DNA from: a virus
Lineage: Duplodnaviria; Caudoviricetes
IMG/VR virus record: IMGVR_UViG_3300026549_000041
Coordinates: 79,101 to 143,100 of that record
Direction: 5' to 3' (one strand)
Length of the DNA stretch: 64,000 bases
Part shown: piece after piece, positions 37,023-47,871 of the stretch
Layout of the letters: the number at the start of each line of letters is the position of its first letter
Numbering within the stretch: the stretch's first letter is position 1
Translations under genes and position numbers: made by a program
Notes under the pieces: model-generated
What the model was told of the DNA's origin: nothing
Database searches by the model: none
The model's input: only the letters and a program-made list of their open reading frames with translations

Positions 37023-39572
37023 TTAAATTGTTACCTTTACATCAATGGTAAGTTTTTTGTCAACTAAATCACCATCAATATAAATTACTTTTGCTCCTTT
37101 ACCACCAGCAGAAGGAGTCCCAGTAGTTGTTGGGTTTCCGTCTTTATCACGGTAATACCAATTATATGTCCCTGTATATGTATCAGTTGCAACATTCCAT
37201 TTTGTTGTATATTTATAAAGTGTTACAGTCTTTGCCGTTGAATCAAGTAAATAACAGTAATCACCATTTTTATTACCAGATGTGGGCAATGTATCTACAA
37301 ATCTTTCTGATTTAATAGGGTCAAGCTCTTTACCATTTCTATATACCATTGCATAAATAGCACCAACACCATTTCCATTAACAAGCTTGTCACCAACAGA
37401 TGAAAGAAGTGTAACTTGAATTGGGTCTTGTTTATCTAATACAGACATATACTGTATATAATCTTCATCGTTATAATGTGCTATACATTGAAAAGATGCG
37501 TAACCATCTACCATAGAGTTTGTAACAGTTAATGTTTTTGCTGTTTGCCCACTAATTGTCGAATAAGAACCATTTTCAAACTTTTTCCATATATATGTGG
37601 CTGAATTAGTTACATCAGTTGCACCATCAATTAATGCAGCTTCAATTGTTACAGTACCAGTACCATTTTCAATTATATTTCCTCCATTAGGCGTACCGAG
37701 TTGAAGAATAACTGCATTAATTCCATTCGTACCATCTTTACCTTGTCTTGCTTTACCCCAGCTATAATCATATGTAACTGTTTTATTTGCTTCTGTAAAT
37801 CTAAATGTAAACGTAATAACACCATTATCATTTGAAATAGCTGTTCCAGCTGTAATAACATATTGAATAGAACCATCAGCACTTGTTGTAGCATTTGTAA
37901 CGGTTGGTGTAATTCCAAAAAGACTTGGTGGATTAACCACTGTTGTTGCCACTTTAGTTGTTCCTTGATATCCAGCAAATGGTATAAGAATTGTATAAGT
38001 CGATGTTACTTTTCCATCACCATCTACAGGAATACCATCATAAGAATTTCCTACAATAATATTTAATGCATCAGTTCCATCATCACCTTTATCACCTTTA
38101 CCACCAGTCTGACCATCTGTTGTTACTGCAACAGTTTGTATATCAAGTTGTTTTGATGTGCCGCCAGATTCAAATAAAACACATACAATAGATGTACAAT
38201 TTTTACCTGTTACAGGAGTATAATCACGATATCCATCATTTTCGTCAGAACTTGATGTATATTTTGCTTCAGTAGATGGAGTTATATCTTTTGCTAAAAT
38301 ATTTTCATATATTTTAAATCTGCCTTTATAAATACTCTTTGTCTGATTTTGTGTTTGATACGAATAAAACCTGACAGAAGCAGGTGTAAAAGTCGGCGTA
38401 TTTCCAATAGTTTTATTTAAAGCCAATGTGCTTGGCTCAAGACTATAAACAATGGGAGATTGACCGTCAGCACCACTTTCAATTTTAATTACTGAAAATT
38501 GTTTTAAGATTGGGTCATGCCCATTCTTTGTGGCTGTAAAATTTATAGTGCCAGTTGAACCAACCATATTTGTAATTGCCACAGTATCATTCGCAACAGT
38601 TGTAGTAGAAGTATTAACAGTAAGATTATTAGTATCATAAGATACATTAATACTCCATTGACTAGTAATATCTTCCCCACTTTCATAAATAATAATTCTA
38701 GAAACTGCGTCAGAATAATCAGCAACTCCAGAAGAATTAACTGGTATCATTTGGTCTTCATTTGTTAAAACAGCAGAAATAGTATCTGTGCCAGCCGCAC
38801 CATCTCTAAGTTTTGTAATTGTATGATAATCATATATATCATTATTAGTTGTAACAAGTTTAATTACACATTTATCATTTGTAAAAACAGAATGACTTTC
38901 ATTAACAGTTAATGTTGGACTAGTTCCACTATTTGGATAAGTAGCCCAAGAACCATTAGATTGTTGATATTGCCATGCGCTAATATTTACACCAGAACCA
39001 GTTACTCTACCATTTAAAGTTATTGTTGATGTACCTTTAATTGTTCCATCACCATTATATTTAAAAACACTTTCTCCAGTAATAGTAGCAGATTTAACAC
39101 TAGAAGCCTGTTTTGTCATTGTGAATGTAATTTCACCTTGTGCAGTTAAAGCCTGACTAAGAGTCGGCTCTTGATAAGACACAGCTACAATATATGTAAT
39201 CATTGTACTATTTTCAGTAAATTTATTTTGATTTACAACGAGTGTTCCTTTAGGTATGGTTTCACCACCGACTTCCATAGTGCCATCACTAATAGTCTCA
39301 CCTGTTGTAAGAGCAGTTACAGCTCCAATTCCTTCTCGCCTAGACCAAGTTACAGTTACATTATTATCGCTTGTAGACAATTGTTCACCACCATACCAAA
39401 TAGATGGAGAGAGTATAAGATTATTTGACCCCCAGTTTGGTGTAAATGAATTTTGGTCTGGACTATATATTATACTTTGTGGCAGATTTGATTTTGGATA
39501 TATCGAAAGTTCCCCGACATCTGTAACATCCACTATTGAAATACTGCCATAAGATACAGTTGTTGTTGCCAT
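37023..39572 (-). CDS. minor tail protein with Ig-like repeats
   Basis: Beta-rich repeats separated by short GxDG linkers. Confidence 0.7.
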   Translation of the reverse strand: MATTTVSYGSISIVDVTDVGELSIYPKSNLPQSIIYSPDQNSFTPNWGSNNLILSPSIWYGGEQLSTSDNNVTVTWSRREGIGAVTALTTGETISDGTMEVGGETIPKGTLVVNQNKFTENSTMITYIVAVSYQEPTLSQALTAQGEITFTMTKQASSVKSATITGESVFKYNGDGTIKGTSTITLNGRVTGSGVNISAWQYQQSNGSWATYPNSGTSPTLTVNESHSVFTNDKCVIKLVTTNNDIYDYHTITKLRDGAAGTDTISAVLTNEDQMIPVNSSGVADYSDAVSRIIIYESGEDITSQWSINVSYDTNNLTVNTSTTTVANDTVAITNMVGSTGTINFTATKNGHDPILKQFSVIKIESGADGQSPIVYSLEPSTLALNKTIGNTPTFTPASVRFYSYQTQNQTKSIYKGRFKIYENILAKDITPSTEAKYTSSSDENDGYRDYTPVTGKNCTSIVCVLFESGGTSKQLDIQTVAVTTDGQTGGKGDKGDDGTDALNIIVGNSYDGIPVDGDGKVTSTYTILIPFAGYQGTTKVATTVVNPPSLFGITPTVTNATTSADGSIQYVITAGTAISNDNGVITFTFRFTEANKTVTYDYSWGKARQGKDGTNGINAVILQLGTPNGGNIIENGTGTVTIEAALIDGATDVTNSATYIWKKFENGSYSTISGQTAKTLTVTNSMVDGYASFQCIAHYNDEDYIQYMSVLDKQDPIQVTLLSSVGDKLVNGNGVGAIYAMVYRNGKELDPIKSERFVDTLPTSGNKNGDYCYLLDSTAKTVTLYKYTTKWNVATDTYTGTYNWYYRDKDGNPTTTGTPSAGGKGAKVIYIDGDLVDKKLTIDVKVTI

Positions 39573-39629
39573 ATATTTTCCTCCATAAAAAAAGATTGAA
39601 AAATCAATCCTTATCCTTTTATTCTATAT

Positions 39630-42600
39630 TTATTGTTCTATTGTTACCTCACAACCAAATACCGCTTTACTAGTAACATCATCTGAATTTATTGTAATTA
39701 TATTTGAAGTTGTGTATCTTGACCAAGAGGGGTCTAAATTTCCATTTTTATCCTTTTTAGTCCATTTAAATCTAGTTATTTCTGAAGTAATATCTTCACC
39801 ACCTCTATATACAGTAGCCGTAAGAATTGTTGATATATTTTTATTTTTAAATATATTTCCAGCACTTGAATCTATTTGTATAGTAATTGGTAAAGATATT
39901 TCAACATCTTCAATTGCTTCATTTATATATTCAATAAGTGGTTTACCACCTAATGTAATTGAATTTCCTGCTATTTTTACATCGCCATCAGAATCCACAT
40001 AGATATATTTTTCTACATATGGTCTACCTTGGTCATCTACTTTTTGCTTTTGTACAACAAATAAATCTGTATTATCTTCACCGTCAATGGCAGTAACCTT
40101 TAAACCGTCATCACCCATTTCAAATTTTCCAGATTCAGAAAATATTTTAAGATTTTCACCCAATAATAATTGACCGACAATAGTAGATGCAATAATACCA
40201 TAATCTTCTTTGGTTGTTTTAGTTTCAGGGTCATAATACATAAAATGACCAAGACCAGCTTTTACTGTTTCCCAATCATCATTTGTATAATATATACCTT
40301 TATTTAATAATTTAATTTGTTCAGGACTATATTCATCATCAAAATCATTTTTAGCTCTCATTAATGCACCCTGAGAATTTAATACAAAATTTTGTGTATT
40401 AACATCATTTATAATTTTATTTTGATTTAATATAAGTCCTTGTTTTTTCTGTTGTTCAATTGTTTTATTTGCTACAACGCCCTTTTCAGCTTGTCTCATT
40501 ACTGTATTATAACTAGTTGCCATAGTACGTGCTTGAGATAGAAGACTAGCGATATCAGACATTGTATCTCCAGAATAAATAACATCAGAAAATTCAACTT
40601 CTAATTCTTCTGGTTTTGTATAATCTATTTCCCAATTAGTTAATCTTAATTTATAAACCTTATCATCAACTCTTACTCTTAACCAATTACCGCCATCAAA
40701 CAAACTAATAAATCTTTTAAGAGTCGAATCAACAAAATGAACTCCATCTCCAACATTATGAACTTCTCCATTACTATCAATATATAAACCTTCACCAATA
40801 TATTGAATTTGAGAACTATCATCACTAACAAGTATTTTTCTAAATTCTGGTAGCAAGAATAAATTATATAAAGAACAACTAATAGAATGTTGAATAGTAG
40901 AGGCTTTTATAATTTCTTCTTGTGCTTTTTTAAAATAATCTTGTGCTCTACTAATAACCTCGCTATCTGCCAATCCATCTGATATAAAATTTGAATTAGA
41001 ATATTCCGTTTCTCTTCTATATAACATTAATTCAGAATATAATTCTTCTCCAAAAAAGTTATGCATATCAAGAGTATTAATTATATCCTGTCTAACAACA
41101 TCTATATCTTCAATAACTTGTTCAACAGTTTTTATTTCTTCTTCTCGAACCGTTTCTTCTTCCATAATTAATTTTCTTTTTTTCCAATATGGATGATAAA
41201 ACTGTTCATAATATGGACTATCTACAGTGCCTTGATTAGCATCTGCTAAAATATCCATAGTAGCAGAACATAAATCATCAAGTAAGCTTAATGCATCTAA
41301 AGAATACTTTTGTAATTTAGGTTTAAAAACCGTTTCAAGTTCTTCATCAGTATAATCTTCTTGAAGAAAAGATACATCTCCAATATCTTCAACTTTATGT
41401 TCTTCCATCATTTTTTGGATTTTTTGTTTTAAAAACTGAGCACCATCATTATTAAAAATAATAGTCAAAGTTGTATTTGCAGTATCTTCATTATCAGTTA
41501 AAGAAGTTACTGTAATAGTTCCTGTCCAAATATTATTTTCATAAGTTGAATCAGTAATTTCAATTTTATATCTTGAAGTATCAACATATACTTTAGCATA
41601 AGATTCTACAGCAGTATTGGCAGCTGTTAAAGACATAGCAGAAGAGTCTTCAGTCCCAATTGGTGACATATGCTCAAGTGTAAGTTTGGCTATTTGTTCA
41701 TCAGCTGTGGTTTCAGCCACATCTGGAGACGATGGCATCATAGTTGTTTGCAAACAATCTTTAAAATTAACTGCATTATAATCATAATTAGTTAATTCAG
41801 CATATCCCTGAATTGGATTATTCATAACAGGAATATCTTCTTTAATATAGTTTTGATATTTATTAACTAATATATTATATTTATTTATATTTTCATCAGG
41901 AAGATATATACTATAATCTTTTAAATAACCATCATATATAGTTTCATATTGATTTAATTTAGTTACCAATTCATCCGACATATCTTCTTTCATTTCATCT
42001 GAAAAATAAAAAAGATAATTTGAACCATTTGGATTACAATTTCGAATAGCTGCTTCCATATATTCATCACCAGCACCCATTTTAAAAAAGTTTTTAACTT
42101 GGTCTGTATTAGATGTAAAAGATATAGAATCAGTTAGATTTTCAGCATTAATAAAAATACCAGTATCTTCTCCATAACCATTTTGAATATTGGTACTTCC
42201 ACAATTGGTACATACTCCATGAGTATAATTACCACGCTTTCCGCAATCTTCACAATAATCCATTAAATCATAAGCAGAAATTGTTCTATGAAATATATTA
42301 TCATCTGTATTATTATCAGATTCTCCAAATATAAATAAACATCCAATTTCTGGAGCAATAGTTTGATTTAAAGCATCAACAATAGAAGTTCCATTAAAAC
42401 TAAATTCTCTTTGAAGATTTTTTAATGTTTCATCTACATGAACAATTGAATAATGAGACGCTTTATCTGATAATAAACGATGTAGAAGAGAGGCTTTAGG
42501 ATGTTCAGGATTATAAAAAACAGTCCCATATTCTTTCCCATCTATAGTTATTATTTCATAATCATCTCTAGCTATATCGTTCTCTGTATTAATTTCAATA

Positions 42601-42974
42601 TTATATAATTCTAATTGCCCTAATTCTGCTTCATTAGCATGAAGACCTGTAATATGTTTTATGGTGTCATTACTTTCATCTATATTAACAGTAATTTCAT
42701 ACCATTTATATCTTGGGTCTTTTACTGATGGTAAAAATATAAATTTAAAATCTTTGATAAAATCCCAATATATATTTTTTATACCATTTACTTCTTTATA
42801 TACGTCAAAACTAATCTCACTAACATCATTTAATGGATGACTACATCGAAACTCTTGTATATTATTAATAACTCCAATTTTTCTTCCTGAACGAGTACAT
42901 AATACTACAATTGGAACTAGAATGTTCTTATCAATATCTGTTTCAATTTTATCGTTATATCTATAATCCATCAT
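39630..42974 (-). CDS. baseplate hub/Tal-like tail protein
   Basis: Follows the Dit-like gene; large protein with coiled-coil middle. Confidence 0.6.
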   Translation of the reverse strand: MMDYRYNDKIETDIDKNILVPIVVLCTRSGRKIGVINNIQEFRCSHPLNDVSEISFDVYKEVNGIKNIYWDFIKDFKFIFLPSVKDPRYKWYEITVNIDESNDTIKHITGLHANEAELGQLELYNIEINTENDIARDDYEIITIDGKEYGTVFYNPEHPKASLLHRLLSDKASHYSIVHVDETLKNLQREFSFNGTSIVDALNQTIAPEIGCLFIFGESDNNTDDNIFHRTISAYDLMDYCEDCGKRGNYTHGVCTNCGSTNIQNGYGEDTGIFINAENLTDSISFTSNTDQVKNFFKMGAGDEYMEAAIRNCNPNGSNYLFYFSDEMKEDMSDELVTKLNQYETIYDGYLKDYSIYLPDENINKYNILVNKYQNYIKEDIPVMNNPIQGYAELTNYDYNAVNFKDCLQTTMMPSSPDVAETTADEQIAKLTLEHMSPIGTEDSSAMSLTAANTAVESYAKVYVDTSRYKIEITDSTYENNIWTGTITVTSLTDNEDTANTTLTIIFNNDGAQFLKQKIQKMMEEHKVEDIGDVSFLQEDYTDEELETVFKPKLQKYSLDALSLLDDLCSATMDILADANQGTVDSPYYEQFYHPYWKKRKLIMEEETVREEEIKTVEQVIEDIDVVRQDIINTLDMHNFFGEELYSELMLYRRETEYSNSNFISDGLADSEVISRAQDYFKKAQEEIIKASTIQHSISCSLYNLFLLPEFRKILVSDDSSQIQYIGEGLYIDSNGEVHNVGDGVHFVDSTLKRFISLFDGGNWLRVRVDDKVYKLRLTNWEIDYTKPEELEVEFSDVIYSGDTMSDIASLLSQARTMATSYNTVMRQAEKGVVANKTIEQQKKQGLILNQNKIINDVNTQNFVLNSQGALMRAKNDFDDEYSPEQIKLLNKGIYYTNDDWETVKAGLGHFMYYDPETKTTKEDYGIIASTIVGQLLLGENLKIFSESGKFEMGDDGLKVTAIDGEDNTDLFVVQKQKVDDQGRPYVEKYIYVDSDGDVKIAGNSITLGGKPLIEYINEAIEDVEISLPITIQIDSSAGNIFKNKNISTILTATVYRGGEDITSEITRFKWTKKDKNGNLDPSWSRYTTSNIITINSDDVTSKAVFGCEVTIEQ

Positions 42975-43789
42975 GAGAAAGTCACCTTCCTTACAGGATT
43001 ATAAGAAATCTTACAATCACAACTTAAATTTGATTTAAATTTATTAACCGTATTTCCATATACATTATATATTTTAGGAAAAATCCAATTAAAATCATTA
43101 TAAATATTATGAGAATTAATAGAAGAGGATACTTGCATCAATTTATCAAATGTAATTATTTCTCCACTAGTACAACCTTTAATTTCTGTTTTTGTTTCTA
43201 CATTATTAAAAATATTGGTCAATACTAAATCACCACTTTCTTTTAATTCTATAACTACTGTTGGAACAATACTTCCTTCATCAAATGAAAAATCTGGTAA
43301 AATTAATTCTTCATCTCCACCCAATTCTTTTTCATATAAAATTTCTTCTCCAATTGCATATGGACGATTAGAAATAAAAGTAGCATTAAATCCAGCAGTT
43401 TCTTCACCAACTTTAATCCATTGTAAATTAAAAGAACCTTCCCAATATACATCTGCATATTCTACTTCATTTAATATTTTAAATTTATGAGAAGTAGGAC
43501 GATTGAGCCAATATTGTATATCTTCAATTTCTTGAATAGAAAAATATGGATTGTCCTCATTATCTTCACAATAATTTTTAGCAATAGAAAATTCAATCTC
43601 TAATCTGTCTTCAAACGTACTGGTCACAAAAGGTTGATATTTACCTCCAAATAAAGATATTGAATTAAATGTTCTTTGTGAATCAGTTGTAATATCATCG
43701 TCTTGCATACCATTAAAACTAACAATACCTAACCCCTTAGTGCTTAAAGCTATACCGTCATATTCAAAGTCACTAAATCTCACTCTCAT
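42971..43789 (-). CDS. distal tail protein (Dit-like)
   Basis: Directly after the TMP; DFEYDG..LS, WLNRP, FPKIYN..N patterns. Confidence 0.65.
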   Translation of the reverse strand: MRVRFSDFEYDGIALSTKGLGIVSFNGMQDDDITTDSQRTFNSISLFGGKYQPFVTSTFEDRLEIEFSIAKNYCEDNEDNPYFSIQEIEDIQYWLNRPTSHKFKILNEVEYADVYWEGSFNLQWIKVGEETAGFNATFISNRPYAIGEEILYEKELGGDEELILPDFSFDEGSIVPTVVIELKESGDLVLTNIFNNVETKTEIKGCTSGEIITFDKLMQVSSSINSHNIYNDFNWIFPKIYNVYGNTVNKFKSNLSCDCKISYNPVRKVTFS

Positions 43790-43813
43790 CCCTCCTCTCA
43801 TTTAAAATAGAAA

Positions 43814-43845
43814 ACCGCCCTATTCTTTTTACGGAATAGGGCGGT
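43814..43845 (-). terminator. intrinsic terminator after tape measure gene
   Basis: ACCGCCCTATTC/GAATAGGGCGGT 12-bp stem followed by TTTCTATTTT. Confidence 0.75.
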
Positions 43846-43850
43846 GATAA

Positions 43851-46800
43851 TTATCGTACAATATAACTATATTTTTTATAATTATTATTACCATTAGCTT
43901 GACCTAATGTAATCTCTTGTACCCATTTTTCAAGTTTCTTATTATTCATTAAATCATTAACAAATTTATTAGCATCTTGAACACCATTAGCAATAAATTG
44001 CATATTTACAATTGGTGGTTGTCCATTAGAATTATTACTATTTTGAATAACCCTAACATCTGGAGTAGTATATTGTTTCAAATATTTAGCTGGGTCAGTT
44101 AATGCCTGATACATATTTTTCATAGCGCTATTAGGAATTACGGAATCTCCTTTGTTAAGAGGGGTGAGGATTGCCCCATCAGATTTTCTGATAATCGCTT
44201 CGGCTTTATTACCTTCGTTTGTCCAATACAATCCACTTGTTCCTACGCCAGATGTACCAGTTTTATAACCTTTCCACTTACCATCTTTCTCAAAAGTAAG
44301 CCATCCTTTATTTGTAAACCGTCTACCATTTTTGACCATAGTGCCATCACTAGTAACATAGTAAGCACCTTTTTTAGGATTAGTAGTTACTCCATTATAA
44401 TCAATCCAAGCATTAGTAAGCATTGCTTTTGTTCTAGGGTCGAAGTAATACCAATCGGTGCCATTTCCCCATCTAAGTTCAGCCCAACCACTAGCGGCTT
44501 GTCCTTCAGAATTAAAATGATACCATTTACCACCAATTTGTTGCCAACCAGTAAGCATTACACCAGAACTATCCATATAATAAGTCTTTCCAGACTCTGA
44601 ATAGAATCCAGTTTTCATAGCACCTTTACTATCTAAAAGATACCATTTACCATCAATTTTCTGCCATCCTGTTCTTGCAGAACCATCAGAATTCAAATAA
44701 TACCATTTACCATTAGCGTATTGCCATCCATTGGATAACATAGCACCACTCTTGTCCATGACATAAGTTTTGCCACCTACTGTTTGTGCTCCAGTAAGCA
44801 TTTCGCCTTTGCTATTGGTTAAATACCATTTATTATTATCTTTTATCCATCCTGTTTGGGCAGCCCCATCAGAATTCAGATAGTACCACTTGCCATTAGA
44901 GTAATGCCATCCATTAGAAAGCATTGCTCCCGAAGAATCCATGACATAAGTTTTACCACCAATTTGTTGAGCGCCAGTTTGCATGACACCCTGACCGTTC
45001 ATATAATACCATTTATTATTGTCATATAACCAGCCAGTTTTCGCAGAACCATCAGAGTTGAGATAATACCATTTACCTCCAGATTGTTGCCAACCACCTG
45101 AAAGCATAACACCATTATTACCCATGACATAAGTTTTGCCCTTAATTGTCTGAGCACCAGTTTGCATTTGACCTTGGTTATTCATATAATACCATTGCCC
45201 ATTAAGATTTTGCCAACCAGTCTGAATTTCACCTTGATTATTCATATAATAGCGTTTGCCATTTATAGTCTGCCAACCAGTTTGAGCAGCACCAGAGCTA
45301 TCTAAATGATATTGCTTACCATCAGCGGTAATAAACTGCGAACCTGTTAATTGTTTACCTTTTTCAAATCTATATTTTTTACCATTCTTTTCAGCCCATC
45401 CAGTATAATTCTTGTCCTGAGTACCATCAGACCTGAAATATCCTGTAACAGTATTGCCATTTTCATCTCTGTAAGTTTGAATGTTGCCATCATGCCTTAC
45501 AGCTTCGGTCATAGTATCTTTGGCTGCTTCTTCATTAGTTTCTTTTTGCACACGTTGATAATAATCTACTATCTTTTTAACATTATCTGCTATAGATGCG
45601 ACATTATTATTTTCAAATTGGCTACTAAAATAACTAACAAAAGAACGGCTCATATCATCAAGAGTAGATTTTAAAGTATCAGAAGGAGTATAACCATAAG
45701 AAGAAGCCAAATTATTAATTGTATCTTTAATAATTCCTCTACTTGTATTAGCAGTATCAATTGCCTCTCTTACAACACCTTCTATATCTTTTAATTTATT
45801 CTCTAAGAATTCTTCAAAACTTTCTTCAAATTTTGAAAGCATATCCTTAGTTTCGGATAAACGTCTATCATCTTGTGTTTCTTTAAGACTTTGCCTTGCT
45901 TCTTCAATTTGATTCTTTAATTGCTGTCTCTTAGTTGCAGTTTCTTCAGAATCATCATTTTGAATTGCCCTATACTGCTTTTCAAGTTTGTTTAATTCTT
46001 TTTGTTGGTCTGCAACTTTCTTAGCGTAATCAATTTGGTCTTTTTGTGTTTCAAGTAATTCCTCATAATCATCTATAAGTTTCTTTACATAATCAATTTG
46101 TTTCTTAATACCTTTTTCGGTAACATCAACAATTGAATCTTTCATCTTCTTAGCACCAGAAGCAGCATCTTGTTGTGCTTCTTTTAACTCTTTAAGTTTA
46201 TCAACTAATATTTGATTATAAGGGTCTTTTGCTAAGTCTTCTTGTACTTGATTTATTTCTTTTTGATATTCTTGAACTTCAGCAAAATACACATCATATT
46301 CATGAGCTAACAATGCAAGAGCAGTAGTACCTTGAGCAGTTATATCACCTTGTTCGGTGAACAAATCATCTTCGTTCATAAGGTCATATAAAAATTCAAG
46401 TTCATTTACAACACCATCAATACTATCATGTATTTTATCCCAACGAGTCCAATCAACCTCATTAAGAGCTTTATCGTAACTAATTAAATTATTTTCTGCT
46501 TCAGCAATAGCTGCGCATACATCTGCAATGGCAGATTCCATTTCAGACCATGCTTCAGAACCATATTCAATATAACCAGAATTTAAAGCTTGCTTTTCTC
46601 GTGTCTTCAACATTTGAAGTTCTTGATTTAATTTAACAAGTTTCTTTTGTTCTTGGTCATATTGTCTGTAAATAAGAATTTTAGAACTTAATTTTCCAGC
46701 CTCTTCAAGTCTATCAATAAAAGTATCTTGAACATCAATTTCATGCTGAATAGCTTCAACCATATTATCATAATATGTTTGAGTATTTTCAAACAATTGC

Positions 46801-47439
46801 TGATATAATTCGCCACGCTTATTAGTAAGGTCAATTAATGCTTGCTCACTCGCTACGGCTTTGTTGTAATAATTCTGATATTCCTGAATTTTATCCCATA
46901 AATCGCTATCGGTTACATCTTCAATACGGAAAGCACCATCTCTAATTTTCTGTTTCCAAGATTCGCTCAGATTAATAGAATTGGCTTTATTAATATATGT
47001 CTGATATGCTTTACGTTGGTCAGATATTTCTTGTGTAACAAGTCTTAAATTATCTATAATTGAATCATTTCTATCTTCCCAAGTATTATAAGTGCTACCT
47101 ATAATCTTATCTAAATCAGAAATTCTCGCTTCAATTCTGCCAATCAGAATCTCAACTTCATCTAATGTATTCTTAGTTTCTTTTGCATCTTTAGAAGAAG
47201 AGTTTCCTCCACCAGAGCCACCAGAGCCACCAGAACCTCTTGAACCGCCTGAACTACCACTAGAACCTCTTGAAGAACCTCCCATACCAGTAGAAGTCTT
47301 GCTAGGTCTAAGGGCACCAGAAGACGAACCATGAGAATAAGCAGTACCATTTGCAAACCCGACTAAATGTCCACGACCTTTATTAGAAGTAACATAACCA
47401 TTTTCTAATAATTCTTTACTTTGTTTATGATTAAAAACA
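43851..47439 (-). CDS. tape measure protein exon 4 (coiled coil + cell-wall-binding repeats)
   Basis: In frame with ORF 43851..47285 and open up to VFNHKQSKELLENG; joins exon 3 as KGDI|VFNH (AT|T). Confidence 0.82.
44270..45480 (-). repeat. tandem ~20-aa choline/cell-wall-binding (CW_binding-type) repeats inside TMP
   Basis: Repeated GWQ..GGKWYYLNSDG.A.TG units. Confidence 0.8.
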
Positions 47440-47871
47440 CTTTGTATTTATTTTAGTTCGCTACACTAAAACGACTGATAAACAGTCCTCTATATTTCTA
47501 CAGAGAATAGACTATATCTTTATGTAAATATTATATTCATGTTTAATTCTTCATTTATTTCATTATAAAATTTTGATTTGGTAAAATCATCCATATTATC
47601 CTCCGATTAATATATTTAAATATAATATTTACATAATCACCTTTTCCAACTACCAATCGCTTGTAGTTGTACTTCCTTGCGGAATAGTCGTTGAGCGTTT
47701 TCCTATTCGGAACTTCGCTGCTGATTGCCCATTGTTACATTTATATATTTTTTAAACATTCACATTTAGATTTATTTCATTCTTATGTTGTAGTATATAT
47801 AACTTTAGGGGTTTCCAGCAATTAAATGATTTATTTTATATACATCACTGTATATAGACACTATTTTATTA
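47440..47871 (-). mobile_element. group I intron TMP-I3 (432 nt) with HEG remnant
   Basis: GACAU| pairs with IGS GTGTC; AAAATA pairs with exon TGTTTT (P10); CAACGACTAT / AAGATATAGTC core; terminal G. Confidence 0.85.
47520..47594 (-). pseudogene. 24-codon remnant ORF in an intron peripheral loop
   Basis: GGAGG RBS then MDDFTKSKFYNEINEELNMNIIFT*; enclosed by a 17-bp inverted repeat TATGTAAATATTATATT. Confidence 0.5.

Noticed and set aside
44270-45480. CRISPR array or DGR template/variable repeats
   Set aside because: These are in-frame protein-coding repeats with synonymous variation, and there is no reverse transcriptase in the window.
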